A DNA stretch of 63,376 nt, counting the filler, from Octopus bimaculoides (Eukaryota): the NCBI RefSeq assembly GCF_001194135.2. It is 4 parts of 4 records of this genome, joined end to end, with 100 filler letters (N's around TTAATTAATTAA, not from the genome) between each part and the next. Parts side by side here need not be neighbours in the genome. Positions count along the whole stretch, not along the records: positions 48,444 to 63,376 come from NC_068989.1; 3 more parts are not named here. One strand, given 5' to 3'. Position 1 is the stretch's first letter; every line of letters begins with the position of its first letter. Of this stretch, positions 51,405 to 62,155 are shown piece after piece. The notes under the pieces were generated by a model. It saw only the letters and a list, made by a program, of their open reading frames with translations, made no database searches and was not told the DNA's origin. The position numbers were made by a program, and so were the translations under genes.

Positions 51405-51859
51405 TCCGATTTGATCTTATAAAAAGAAACCTTCACAAGATATTAGTCAGTTTAGCACTTTATGTCTCACATGACCCTCACATCAAAGTGATTTTGTCGA
51501 TCACAGAAACGTGTAATGATCAAGTGTATTAAATACCTATGTCCAAATCATATATATGTGTGTGTCAATGTACGTGCGTAATGCATATTTTGAGATATGA
51601 ATATACATGTATAATCTAAGTATGTGTGTGCGTATGTATATATATATATGTGTGTGTATGTGTATGTATATATAAATATATATATATGTGTATGTGTGTG
51701 CGTATGTACATATATTTATGTTTATATACATATGTGTGTGTGTGTGTGTGTATACATATGTACATATATATATATATATATATAATAATACAAAGAATAT
51801 ATATACATGTATACACACATATATGTACATACTTACATCTACATGTGTATATACATGCA

Positions 51860-52180
51860 TATCAGGGTACAGGACGTTAGAACAATAAACTACAGACAAC
51901 GGAACGAACACATAGGAAAACGGAAAGCACCTTGGAATATCCCTTCATCAGCTGTCTCTATTCTATCTAGACGTTTCGAAGACCAGACAGGACGTACTCT
52001 AGAATAGTCTCTTCCTGAGTAGTGGATCAACCCACTACACAGAGGATTCCAAGGTGGCAAACACAAACCAAGACAGGAAAAAATGGACAGTGAAAACAAC
52101 ATTCAAAAGCCGTACGGCCAAACGCAAATCTGAGGTAGAACGCTAGTAGTTCGTCTTGCCTTCACAGCGATACAGAGAGA
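51860..52180 (-). mobile_element. Penelope-like terminal region with hammerhead-like motifs
   Basis: Minus strand CTA-CTCAGGA-AGAGAC...GTCTTC-GAAACGTC-TAG (52022-51967), then a second CTGATGA at 51951-51945. Confidence 0.45.
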
Positions 52181-52189
52181 GAGGGGGGA

Positions 52190-52530
52190 TTCTTTATTAT
52201 GATAATTTATATCGTATACAGAAAAGGACAGGACAGTACAGGACATAACAAACAAATAGTGCTATGCGAGTTCATATTATAATAACTTTAAAATTTTCCA
52301 CTTTTCACACACAAACTATGGCCGTGAAGTCCAGCGACTACACCTTGCTTCCACCACGAATGAGATTAAGTAGGGACAATCACGCCCAACTTCCTTGCTA
52401 CATCCTTCCATCTTTTCTCGAATACACTTCGCGACAGGTGTCTCTTCTCCAGCCCTATCTTGCTCTTCAGATGATATCTGAAGTAATACAGCAGACCAGG
52501 GCCGGAGATGAAGGATCCTGTCACGAGTCC
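52190..52530 (-). mobile_element. Tx1/L1-clade LINE 3' end (ORF2 last 54 aa + 3' UTR)
   Basis: 52530-52366 GLVTGSFISGPGLLYYFRYHLKSKIGLEKRHLSRSVFEKRWKDVARKLGVIVPT* aligns with the C-terminus of the 58378-58824 ORF. Confidence 0.8.
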
Positions 52531-52545
52531 TTGCATTTTAGACAT

Positions 52546-52576
<31 letters not shown>

Positions 52577-52825
52577 CGTATATGTGCATATACACATGCT
52601 TATATGCATATAGCCATGCGTGCATATATATGAGTGTGTTGTATCAGTAATATATTGTGTTGCTTTTGCGCATAGCTCCACCCCAACAATATTCACTATT
52701 TACTTTTTTTACTTTTTTAATTTGATGCATTAGATGCATTAACCTAACTTGTTATGTATTTATTAAAAGCTTCGTTGTATACTAAATAACTGAGCGTTGA
52801 GTTATCGGCTGAATATCCTATCTAC

Positions 52826-52915
52826 CCAATCAATTAATTTAAGCCAAAAAGATTTTGGCCAATCATAATCGAGGAAAGAATTTATATTTATAGCCTCATT
52901 AAAAGTACTTTATTC
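52826..52915 (+). promoter_or_regulatory. Putative promoter of the 164-aa ORF: two CCAAT boxes 33 bp apart, AT-rich TATA-like element, Inr-like TTATTC
   Basis: CCCAATCA (CCAAT 52826-52830), GGCCAATCA (52859-52863), TATATTTATA 52883-52892, TTATTC 52910-52915. Confidence 0.45.
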
Positions 52916-53103
52916 CGGAAGGCTTTGTTGGGATTGGAAGTCGCTTTCATTAATGTTTTAACCACATTTTTAACTCTTCCAGTACGGTTGATTTGGCAGC
53001 AATCAAAACTAAGAAGAAATAACCAGCCTTCGATATAAACAAAGCAATAAGCTGGTGGATACCGAATTTTCCATTGTATTGCCGACGATAAAGTAATTCT
53101 TTT

Positions 53104-53598
53104 ATGATGGGAGGAATTTTTGCAAGGTTATTTTCCTTTTTTAAATGCCACCGTTCTACAGGCGATTTCTATTTAACAGCCAAACTTCCCCCGAAGCAAA
53201 AGGTGGTCACAACTTTTATGTACACTAAATCCAAGCCTATTAATATTCCTTATAAAATTCCTCACGCACCCCACCTCAAACGTCGAAAAGTCAATTTTCG
53301 ACTGAGCAGCAGTGACTCTGGAGAAAGTAGTAGTCTTTCTTCCCAAAGCTCTGTTAATTGCAAGAAGCGAGTGCTCTACTCGCAATATCGGCGGTTAAGG
53401 GTTGAAACTGAACTAGAAGAGAACGATGGCAAATATAAACGCTTGACTTCTGGCTTGGAAAGGTCTTCCGAAAAGTATTCCAATGAAACTACGACTCACG
53501 AAATTCCTGTAAATCGCATCTCCCGAAAATATAAAACCTATTGTAAGAAAACTGGAGAAGATTGTGATTCTATCGATTGCAAACCACGAAAACCTTGA
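53104..53598 (+). CDS. Intronless hypothetical 164-aa (163 from Met2) basic, Ser-rich, probably disordered protein with linear regulatory motifs
   Basis: Longest non-repeat, non-TE ORF in the window; in-frame TAA at 53089-53091 just upstream; normal complexity; MGGIFARLFSFFK, RKVNF, DSGESS; lies in a SINE- and microsatellite-free island. Confidence 0.55.
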   Translation: MMGGIFARLFSFFKCHRSTGDFYLTAKLPPKQKVVTTFMYTKSKPINIPYKIPHAPHLKRRKVNFRLSSSDSGESSSLSSQSSVNCKKRVLYSQYRRLRVETELEENDGKYKRLTSGLERSSEKYSNETTTHEIPVNRISRKYKTYCKKTGEDCDSIDCKPRKP

Positions 53599-54774
53599 AT
53601 CTCACATTTTAGAGATTTTTTTTTTTCTTTTTTTAGTACTTTTACTTTCCAGTAATGTTGAACTGTTATCAGATTTTTATTGTTTATTGATTGACGTTTG
53701 ATTTTTATCTAGAAATGCATTGTTTGTATATATAATACTATCAAATAATTCTAGTAATCTATATATAACTACTATAGATTGTTGTTTTCTTAAATAACTC
53801 CGTGAAATTCTGCCGACGCTAGTATTTTTTTTTTTATTTTGAGGTCGATGGGAAAATCTCAAATAATCACAAGAAATTAATTTTATGTGAATTTTTTATT
53901 TCTTTTTTTTTTGTAATTTTAAAATCTTTTGACTAAATGTTTTAGTATTCATTTTAAAACGGAGACTTGACCTGCCACGAATAATATTGACTACATTATT
54001 TCTTCTGTTCTAATTGTAGATTTTATTTCTAAACTTTACTCTCAAACATCCACAGTTTATTTTAATGCTAATATTCAATTTTTAAATCGTTGCAGAAGCA
54101 TTTTTTTTTTAATAGAACAAATATTTTCTAGAATTTACTGGGAGATAAATGAGGTTCTTGCTCATTCCTTTTGTTAATTATGAATGCTGCGTTTGCTATT
54201 GTCGAATAGCTGATTCTAATTTGCAAAGATAAATTTTCTGTCTATTTCTTCGCGACTAAAAAATACTTGCAAGCCCTAATTAACTTTTCATATATTTTTA
54301 ATCAACAAAATAATTTCATTCGGATTTTTAACTCCTGAAGTATTTGAATAATTTTAGGTTAGGTCATCTGAGTAAAGCTTCATTTTAGAAATTTCAATTA
54401 TTAAACTGCAAATTTAAGATATGGTTTTACTTACTGGTGAGTACTTCACTACTATGCTCCTAAAACAACATTTTATTGTAGGAAGATTACAATTTGGATA
54501 ACACTAATTCGTTGAGAGTTAATCTTTTAAATTGTCGCGTCGTTTGGATGAAAAAAAGATTTTGACAATCTCTCACTGAAAAATTAAAATCTCAACGGCA
54601 ATCTCTGTTTTGGAAGTCAATTAAATGTTTATTCTCAGGCTTTTCATGACGTTCCAGCTCCAAACTTAACTAACTATATGTATTATTTTTGTTTTTTCTT
54701 AGTTCAATATAGGACAGAAAACAATACCCAAACAACTGAGTTAATATTTCACAACCATATTTCACAATTTTGTC

Positions 54775-55960
54775 TACCTTTCTGAGTTCAAATTCTGCCG
54801 AGGTCGACTTTACCTTTTATGCTTTTGGAGTCGATAAAAGATGCACTAGTTAAACACTGGGGTTAATGTAATCGACTAACCCCTTCTCTCAAATTTCAGG
54901 CCTTGTATCTATAGTAGAAAGGATTATTATATAGGATGTTCTCTGGAATAAATAATTATATTTAAATATAACATTTCCAGAAAGTTCCAAACTTCTCTAC
55001 ATTTTTTGCCTGTTTTTGTCTCCAGTAAACTGCTTAGAGGTTCCGTATCGTATCTAGAACAGAGTTGGGAGAAAGGCACAAAATATTGTTCACGAAATAT
55101 GAACTCCTGAATCTCTATCTTGTGCACTGAGTTTCAAAATATTTATAATAGTTTTAACATTGGCATTAATGTCTTCTAGAGTTTTTCTAAAGCTTAATGG
55201 ATGATAAAAACTACATCGAACCTTCGCCAGTTTATCCTGCATTTAAAAAAATCAGGCTGCGTGTCTAATGTATAAAGTAATTATATCTACATGATCAGGA
55301 ATCTAAGCAAAAAGTGGAGAAATTTGATTAAGACGAAGGCAGCGAAATGATTGAATCGTTGGCGCGCGAACAAAATAGTACTTAGCGGCATTCTTTCCGA
55401 CATTTTACGCTTATAGTTCAAATTCTGCTAAGATCCACTTTACCTATTATCTTTCGGGATTGGTAAAATAAATACCAGTTTAACATTAAAGTAGATGTAA
55501 TCGACTTATCCCCACCAGATCCTTAAATTTGCCGGCCTTGTGCTGAAATTAGAAGGCTGGTAAAATCGTTAGATCATCGAGCAAAATATTTAGCGGCATT
55601 TCTTCCGACTCTGTATGCTACCAGGTCAACTTTGCCTTTCATCCTTTCAGAGCCGATAAAATAAAGTACCAGTCAAGTACTGTAGATAATGTAATCGACT
55701 TTCCCCCTCCCCTCAAATTGCGGGCTTATGCCAAAATTAGAAGTATTATTATTATAGCGGTGGATTAACAAAATCGTTGGAGAGTCAGAAAAAATGCCTT
55801 GTGGTATTTGTTGTCTCTTTATATTCTGAGTTCAACTTCTGCCGCGGTTGACTTTGCCTTTCATCCTTTCAAGATCAATAAAATAAATCCTACTGGGATC
55901 GCTGTAATCAATCTCCACTCGTCCCATCAGAATTGCTAGCTTTGTGCCATAATTAGAACC
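54775..55960 (+). mobile_element. Cluster of 4 co-oriented SINE family A copies, last three head-to-tail
   Basis: Cores at ~54780, 55410, 55620, 55825. Confidence 0.8.
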
Positions 55961-57818
55961 ATATAAATTTACCGCGAGCCCTCTCTAAACCGGTAGTGCA
56001 TCAGACAAATGCCTGGCGCTGTTTAGTTACGTCCCTTTTACATACGTTAAAACCCTTCACTCTGGGTTGACTTTTACAGTTCATCATTAAAAGCGGGTAG
56101 ATGTTAAGATACACCCGCTATCGAACGGATTTCGTTTAATCAACAATTCGTTGTACCAAGACTTGTAATCTTGTGCTTAAATCAGATTATTTTTTTCTCG
56201 TTATCATCAAATAAGTGTACCGTGCGGCAAGAGAAATTCTTGTATAAATAATGTTAACTATTGTCCTATTAATGGATTCTGTCATTTGACCGTGGCCATG
56301 CTGGAGCATTTTTAATCGCTAGGTAGTTATTTCTCGTTCTCGTAAAATACGAAATACCAAGTGAGTTCAAATTTCTCTAAGGCCACTTTGCCTATTAGCA
56401 TCAAAGCGAATTATTCAGTCTGACATAGAGACTGCAAGATATTTGTATTTGAACGTCACATGCGTTTTACCCTTCTGGCCCAGGCTGCTGTACAATGGAA
56501 GAAAAACCCGGAACCACACAGTCACGAAGCGAACTTGTTAAAACCATGCATCCATTCCAACGCCCAGGATATTTCGAATATTTCCAGAATTTTATAACTG
56601 AATGATTTTTTAAGATATTATGCAGAGTTCATTCACCTCTCAAGGATATCAACACCATAATTGAATTAATTTCGCTTCATGCTGGAATTGGGACCCTTAA
56701 CGCACTTGTGAAAAATACAAGAACTGCCATAAGCATTACTATTTTTTTTCTTGCAAAAGGATTACAAGTTTTGTTCCTGCTAAGTCAAAAGAACTTAATA
56801 TTTGTATAGTGTTCACAGCTGAGAAAGACGTGAGCCTCCAACTACCCAAACAGCGATGTCTGGTTTTAATTTGGGCTGCAAATCTGTCACTTTACTCAAA
56901 CTATTAATATTTCGTTTCTGCATAAAGCCATTCCACTTTTTAATGCAATCGTATGTATTGTTTGTGTTATCTCATTATTTCTCTGGACAAGGGGAAATCC
57001 AAAATTGAATAAAACCTGCAGTTGACTTGTGTTGAACAGTTCCGCATTTGCCAAAAGCGATTTTACCATTATGCCCTCTGGTATTTGTAATGATGCCAAA
57101 TTCAACAAAAATTCTAAGATAATTCTACTCGCACGTTCTATTTTTACTCGGAACACTTTGAGAAAATGTTGTTATTGATTGTACTTTCATATCTGACGTT
57201 GGTGGATCATTCTCTTCTAGCCTTTCTTTCCAAAATCGTATGCAAGAGGATTCTTTTGAAACATCTACAGGAACGATGACCATGATGAAATTTCTTCAAT
57301 TTGTTACCCATATATATTCCAAAGCAATCCCATATTCCCAAACTGTTAATGATGCTGGGAAAGCTAATCACTGCAGACCAGCAAACCAGTTCTTCTCACT
57401 TAAAGTATAGAACTTTGTATTTTTAGTCAAACGTATTAGTCTTCCATTAATCCTATTATGCTTGAGGTGGGGTGCCCTTTGAGTCCTCCACTCGTGAGGG
57501 TTTTTTTTTTTTTTGGAGGGGGATGCAAGGATGCAGATTTGGTATAATCTTGAACAAAATCTTTCAAACGAAATTCAGTCAACGGAAACCAGCAGGAAGC
57601 ATCCATCCTTGTGTTGAGTGATAGACTTAATGTGTCCTTTCCTTCGACACCGCCATCTACAACTTGAGTGCTTTTAGCTGAGTCTGCCCCGTTGCAAGTA
57701 TTTTGACCGTATCTCTGGTCTGAGTAAACTTCAACCTTCCACTAACGAATCAGGGGAAGCCCTAAAAGAAGCTATACGATGCTGCCCTTTGACTAAACAG
57801 TACAAAAGGTGGTAATGA

Positions 57819-57851
<33 letters not shown>

Positions 57852-57854
57852 ATC

Positions 57855-57888
<34 letters not shown>

Positions 57889-57925
57889 ATTTTCTCTTTC
57901 TCTCATTTTCTCTTTCTCTCTCTTC
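57819..57925. repeat. (TC)n/(TCTATC)n microsatellite
   Basis: Direct reading. Confidence 0.95.
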
Positions 57926-58019
57926 CTCGCTGTTGACTCCAGATAATACTTGGAACTTTCTTGAAGGACTTCTGAGGTGAAAGAAGACCGTAATGCTGAA
58001 TTAAACAAGTTGCAGTATT

Positions 58020-58150
58020 TATTACCTCCACATTCGCTAAGGCGAAGGTATTATTTTTAGTCGTGTTTGTTTATTATTTGTTTGTCCTTGGACAAGATAT
58101 CTCAAGAAACGCTGGATGGATTCGGATGAAACTTTCAGGGATGTTTGGCT
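58020..58150 (+). mobile_element. Helentron/DINE-1-like element, 5' part, truncated at the Tx1 3' end
   Basis: ATTACCTCC, hairpin TTCGC-TAAG-GCGAA, AACGCTGGATGGATTCGGATGAAACTTTCAGGGATGTTTG shared with 28337. Confidence 0.7.
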
Positions 58151-58154
58151 TTAT

Positions 58155-58850
58155 TATTGCCCATACAGGCGCACAAAGAGGGGGGACAACACAATATGAA
58201 CGGGGTCATATATAACTGTATGATTTTTAAAATTTACAATAACAGATGATTAACGAATGGAACACAAAAAACATTTACATGTACAAAAATAACACAATGA
58301 GGCATTAAAAACAGGTAAGCTCTAATCCCACGAGCCCTGTCTTTAATACCGACACCTTGGTCATCTTTCTGACGTGTTCACGCAGGGCCTTTCACTCCCA
58401 ACATACGTGCCACACGCGTCCATCGTTTATTGAACGCACACACTGACAGACACCCCCTTTCCAGCCCCACCTTCCTTTTAAGGTGAAAGGTAAAAACATT
58501 CACCAGAGCGAGGCCGGCGACGAAGCTGTCTGTCACAATCCCTTCCATCATTGACTTCCATATCACCTCTCTCGCAATTGCTACTACTACGAGAAAACAA
58601 TTCTTACCTTCTTCCGTAAGGAAATCCAGCGGATTAATTTTTAGAATTGACTCAGGTGATAGTTGTACTCTTCTTTCATCTGACAACAGGTGTTCTACAT
58701 AAACCCACACTTCTGAAATTCCCGGACACTGAACAATAGTGTGCAGGACGGTTTCCACCTCCCGCTCACATCTTGGACAGGCCGACGGCCCACGATGGCT
58801 GTTCATAACAAAGGTCACAAACACAGCCCTTTCATCCTGACTAAACTGTT
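58155..58850 (-). mobile_element. Tx1/L1-clade LINE 3' fragment with CCHC zinc finger
   Basis: ORF 58378-58824: CPRCEREVETVLHTIVQC...VW...AREVIWK...FNKRW; 3' UTR ends ...AATAATAAAG. Confidence 0.85.
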
Positions 58851-59335
58851 TAAAATAAATTAATTATAAGTTCATGACAGATTTTAGTATTAATGATACT
58901 TGACATCGTAAGCTACTAAATCGACACAAATGAATAACAGATCAACTCATGAGATTTGAACCAAGATTTTTTTTTTTTTTTTGCTTGTCATGTGACAGAT
59001 ATACAGGGATAAAGAGGAAATTAATAAGTGTGAGCTTAAATGAAATCGAACCAATGACCCATTTGTTAACGCCTCTATGTATTTATCTGTGCACTACAAA
59101 ATCCCTAGCAGATTTAGTATAGCCGAATGGTTAAGTTCGCCTTGCATCCACGAGAACTTGGGTTCGATCTTACTGCATAGCATCTTGGTTTACTGTCATT
59201 TTTCGATAACTTCGAGTTGACCCATACCTTGTGAGTAAAACTAGATTGACGAAAGTTGTATAGAAGCGTAGCAAGTAGATTTTTTATCTGCCACACATAC
59301 TGTATCCCCTTGACCCAGCCTGAAAACTATCTTAA

Positions 59336-59986
59336 CCCTTTGAGCCCTGACCTCCTGACCCTTATTTGACCATATACCTGACTTCCTGAGCAAAATAAGC
59401 AGAAAATTGGGTTAGTCTCAATTACAGAGAAGCCTACCTGACCCCTAGTGCCAATATTCCACCTTGGTATACCAATCGGTCCAGCAAATTGATCCCCTTT
59501 TGATGCAGATGAACCTTGCATTCTTGGCAACAGACGGTTGATTTGACTGCTTTGACCGGATAATCCTTGTAAGGAACACTGGGATTTCACATACAACACA
59601 CAGTATTTGTAGACCAATCCTCTGCAATGTGTGGATGGTGGCGGCCTACGTTTTGCAGACGAACAGGGACTTCTCGATTACGAGCTCTACGAACAGCTTT
59701 TGTGCGAAACTCACCGACTAGTCCCACACTGTACTGATCCAGAAATGTGTGGAATGTGTACTTTTTGGCCTTCTCAGGATTGTAGATAACCCTCATAAGA
59801 AATTTCACGAAAAGCCTTCTTGGCCAGCGATAATGGCGTCTTGTCTTATAAAGTTTCGACATTTGATCGTCGGATAAAAATAAATCGCCGTACTTTAGTG
59901 CAGATGCACTCCACCGGTAGAGCGGTGCTACGGTATAGAGAAAAATAAGCCATCCACTGGTAAACCGGTGTTACGGGCTCAAAGGG
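59336..59986 (-). mobile_element. Internally deleted piggyBac (651 bp) retaining the transposase C-terminal Cys-rich domain
   Basis: TTAA (59332-59335) + CCCTTTGAGCCC ... GGGCTCAAAGGG + TTAA (59987-59990); frameshifted RLQNVGRHHP...CVVC...ARFICIKRGSICWTDWYTKVEYW. Confidence 0.9.
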
Positions 59987-60194
59987 TTAAGGGTATACGT
60001 GTCTGTGGAATACTCAGCCACTTGTTAATTCAAGGGCGGATAATTCAGTTGATCGTATAACTGAACTCTCATGGTGTGAGAATTTTGATTGAGATCCATT
60101 TATAAACTCCCTAACAATTCTAGCTGTCAAGTTACACACGGATATTGACTGAGAAAATCTGTGAATATTTTATTGGTGGAAGTTCCAGGAAAAT

Positions 60195-60506
60195 TGTTGT
60201 TGTTGTTTGTTTTTTCTCGAGCCATGCCTGGCTCATAAGGGCCGGTTTCCAAGTTTCATTGGTGTATAAGTTCCCCACCTGGACGGGATGCCGGTCCATC
60301 GCTGGTGAGCTGCTAGATGCAGGAGGAAAGAGTGAGAGAAAGTTGTGGCGAAAGGGTCAGCAGAAGTTCGCCATTACCTTCTGCCGGAGCCGCGTGGAGC
60401 TTAGGTGTTTCACTCATAAACACACGTATCGCCTGGTCTGAGATTCGAACCCGCGATCCCTCGAACGCGAGCCCGCTGCTCTAACCACTAGGCCATGTGC
60501 CTCCAC
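60195..60506 (-). mobile_element. tRNA-derived SINE family C, young CpG-rich copy with (CAA)n tail
   Basis: A box TGGCCTAGTGG, B box GGTTCGAATCT, central GCGATGGACCGGCATCCCGTCCAGG, tail GGCTCGAGAAAAAACAAACAACAAC. Confidence 0.85.
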
Positions 60507-60509
60507 AAG

Positions 60510-60670
60510 GAAAATTGCTTAGCAGCATTTCGTCCGTCTTTCTGTTCTGTGTTCAAATTCCGCCGCGATCGACTTTGCCTTTCATCCTGTTGAGGTCGAT
60601 AAAAGAAGTACCATTTAAACACTAGGGTTGATCTAATCGACTTAACCCTTCCTCCGAAATTGCTGAATAT
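60510..60670 (+). mobile_element. SINE family A, 5'-truncated
   Basis: GTTCAAATTCCGCCGCGATCGACTTTGCCTTTCATCC...CCGAAATTGCTG. Confidence 0.8.
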
Positions 60671-61880
60671 TAAATTGGATGAGTTGCTAAATTTCTTTCA
60701 ACCACTTGAAGTTCTGTAACTTTTCACCAGATTATTATTTTTTTTTTTTTAACGTAGTTCAAATGTAGATTTGTATTTTTCCTAAAAATTGCATGCATTA
60801 ATAACACACATTCCCAGCGTTATGTTTATGATTGGATATAATAAACATATTTAGAATCGCTATGAATTTAGGGCAATATTAACGATGCATTGGTGCTCTA
60901 AATAAGAACGAAAACCATCAATACCGCCAATTATGTTATATCATGTGTTGTCGTTTCTGTTTTTCAGACGCTATGGTGTAATCTAATGAAGGGTTGCCTG
61001 CTATTTCTGGCAGGCCTAGATATCACATACAGGTTTCTTCTTTGTCGTCTTATCTTTGTCTTCACTGATTTCCATGATATCAGAATACGCCGGCCTACGC
61101 TATGTTGGCAATGGACGCTTTCGATTGGCTAAAATTACATAACTTTGTGTAACTTTTATTTTATTATTAATTTCTAGAAGAAAAGGTGTGCGATTTTCGT
61201 CAGCAGCAGAACCACACCAGACCTACATTTTTAAAAAATAACTTTATGAAAATTTGTGACCTTCCAGTAACTGGAAGAAATTTAACAAGATCTGTGAGGG
61301 TGAAGTGAGGACTATATACATTAATAACTGCTACGTCTTTTATTCCTGACTACTTTTCAAGTTACGATGGAGCAGTGATACACTGCGTTTGTAATTCTGC
61401 ACCAACTTTCACAGAANNNNNNNNNNNNNNNNNNNNNNNNNNNNNNNNNNNNNNNNNNNNNNNNNNNNNNNNNNNNNNNNNNNNNNNNNNNNNNNNNNNN
61501 NNNNNNNNNNNNNNNNNNNNNNNNNNNNNNNNNNNNNNNNNNNNNNNNNNNNNNNNNNNNNNNNNNNNNNNNNNNNNNNNNNNNNNNNNNNNNNNNNNNN
61601 NNNNNNNNNNNNNNNNNNNNNNNNNNNNNNNNNNNNNNNNNNNNNNNNNNNNNNNNNNNNNNNNNNNNNNNNNNNNNNNNNNNNNNNNNNNNNNNNNNNN
61701 NNNNNNNNNNNNNNNNNNNNNNNNNNNNNNNNNNNNNNNNNNNNNNNNNNNNNNNNNNNNNNNNNNNNNNNNNNNNNNNNNNNNNNNNNNNNNNNNNNNN
61801 NNNNNNNNNNNNNNNNNNNNNNNNNNNNNNNNNNNNNNNNNNNNNNNNNNNNNNNNNNNNNNNNNNNNNNNNNNNNNNNT

Positions 61881-62155
61881 TTGGTAGACGGAAACTGAAG
61901 GAAGTCCGTCGTATATATGTGTATATATATATGTATGTGTGTGTATATGTTTGTGTGTCTGTGTTTGTCCCCCCCCCCACCATCGCTTGACAACCGATGC
62001 TGGTGTGTTTACGTCCCCGTAACTTAGCGGTTCGGCAAAAGAGACCGATAGAATAAGTACTAGGCTTACAAAGAATAAGCCCTGGGGTCGATTTGCTCGA
62101 CTAAAGTCGGTGCTCCAGCATAGCCGCAGTCAAATGACTGAAACAAGTAAAGAGT
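61881..62155 (+). mobile_element. SINE family B (middle + tail), young; head lost in gap 61397-61880
   Basis: TTGGTAGACGGAAACTGAAGGAAGTCCGTCG-(TA/TG)n-...GCCGCAGTCAAATGACTGAAACAAGTAAAGAG. Confidence 0.9.

Larger units (their letters stand above)
49120..51540 (-). mobile_element. RTE-clade LINE fragment (endonuclease end to RT start) interrupted by two DNA elements
   Basis: 51405-51540 WYLIHLIITRFCDRQNHFDVRVM.DIKC.TD (cf. WHLIDY...R..DRQD..DVRVMRG..CWTDH); 49355-49600 LRKIQNSCWNARSAEVQKAAD...YY..L..VYG; ~49150-49290 KAVCQMTSG.VPGLNGTSARLLKVG. Confidence 0.8.

Noticed and set aside
52264-52650. 128-aa + strand ORF
   Set aside because: Antisense of the Tx1 C-terminus plus (GA)n and (TA/TG) repeats
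56620-57330. Unique-looking stretch with an 86-aa minus ORF
   Set aside because: Possibly decayed transposase, but no diagnostic motif or splice structure found
59327-59617. 96-aa minus ORF in the piggyBac
   Set aside because: Alternative frame of the frameshifted transposase tail
61170-61210. CTGACGA...GAAA on the minus strand (other isolated CTGATGA hits at ~1195, 16005, 30750)
   Set aside because: No stem II or stem I pairing, so not hammerheads
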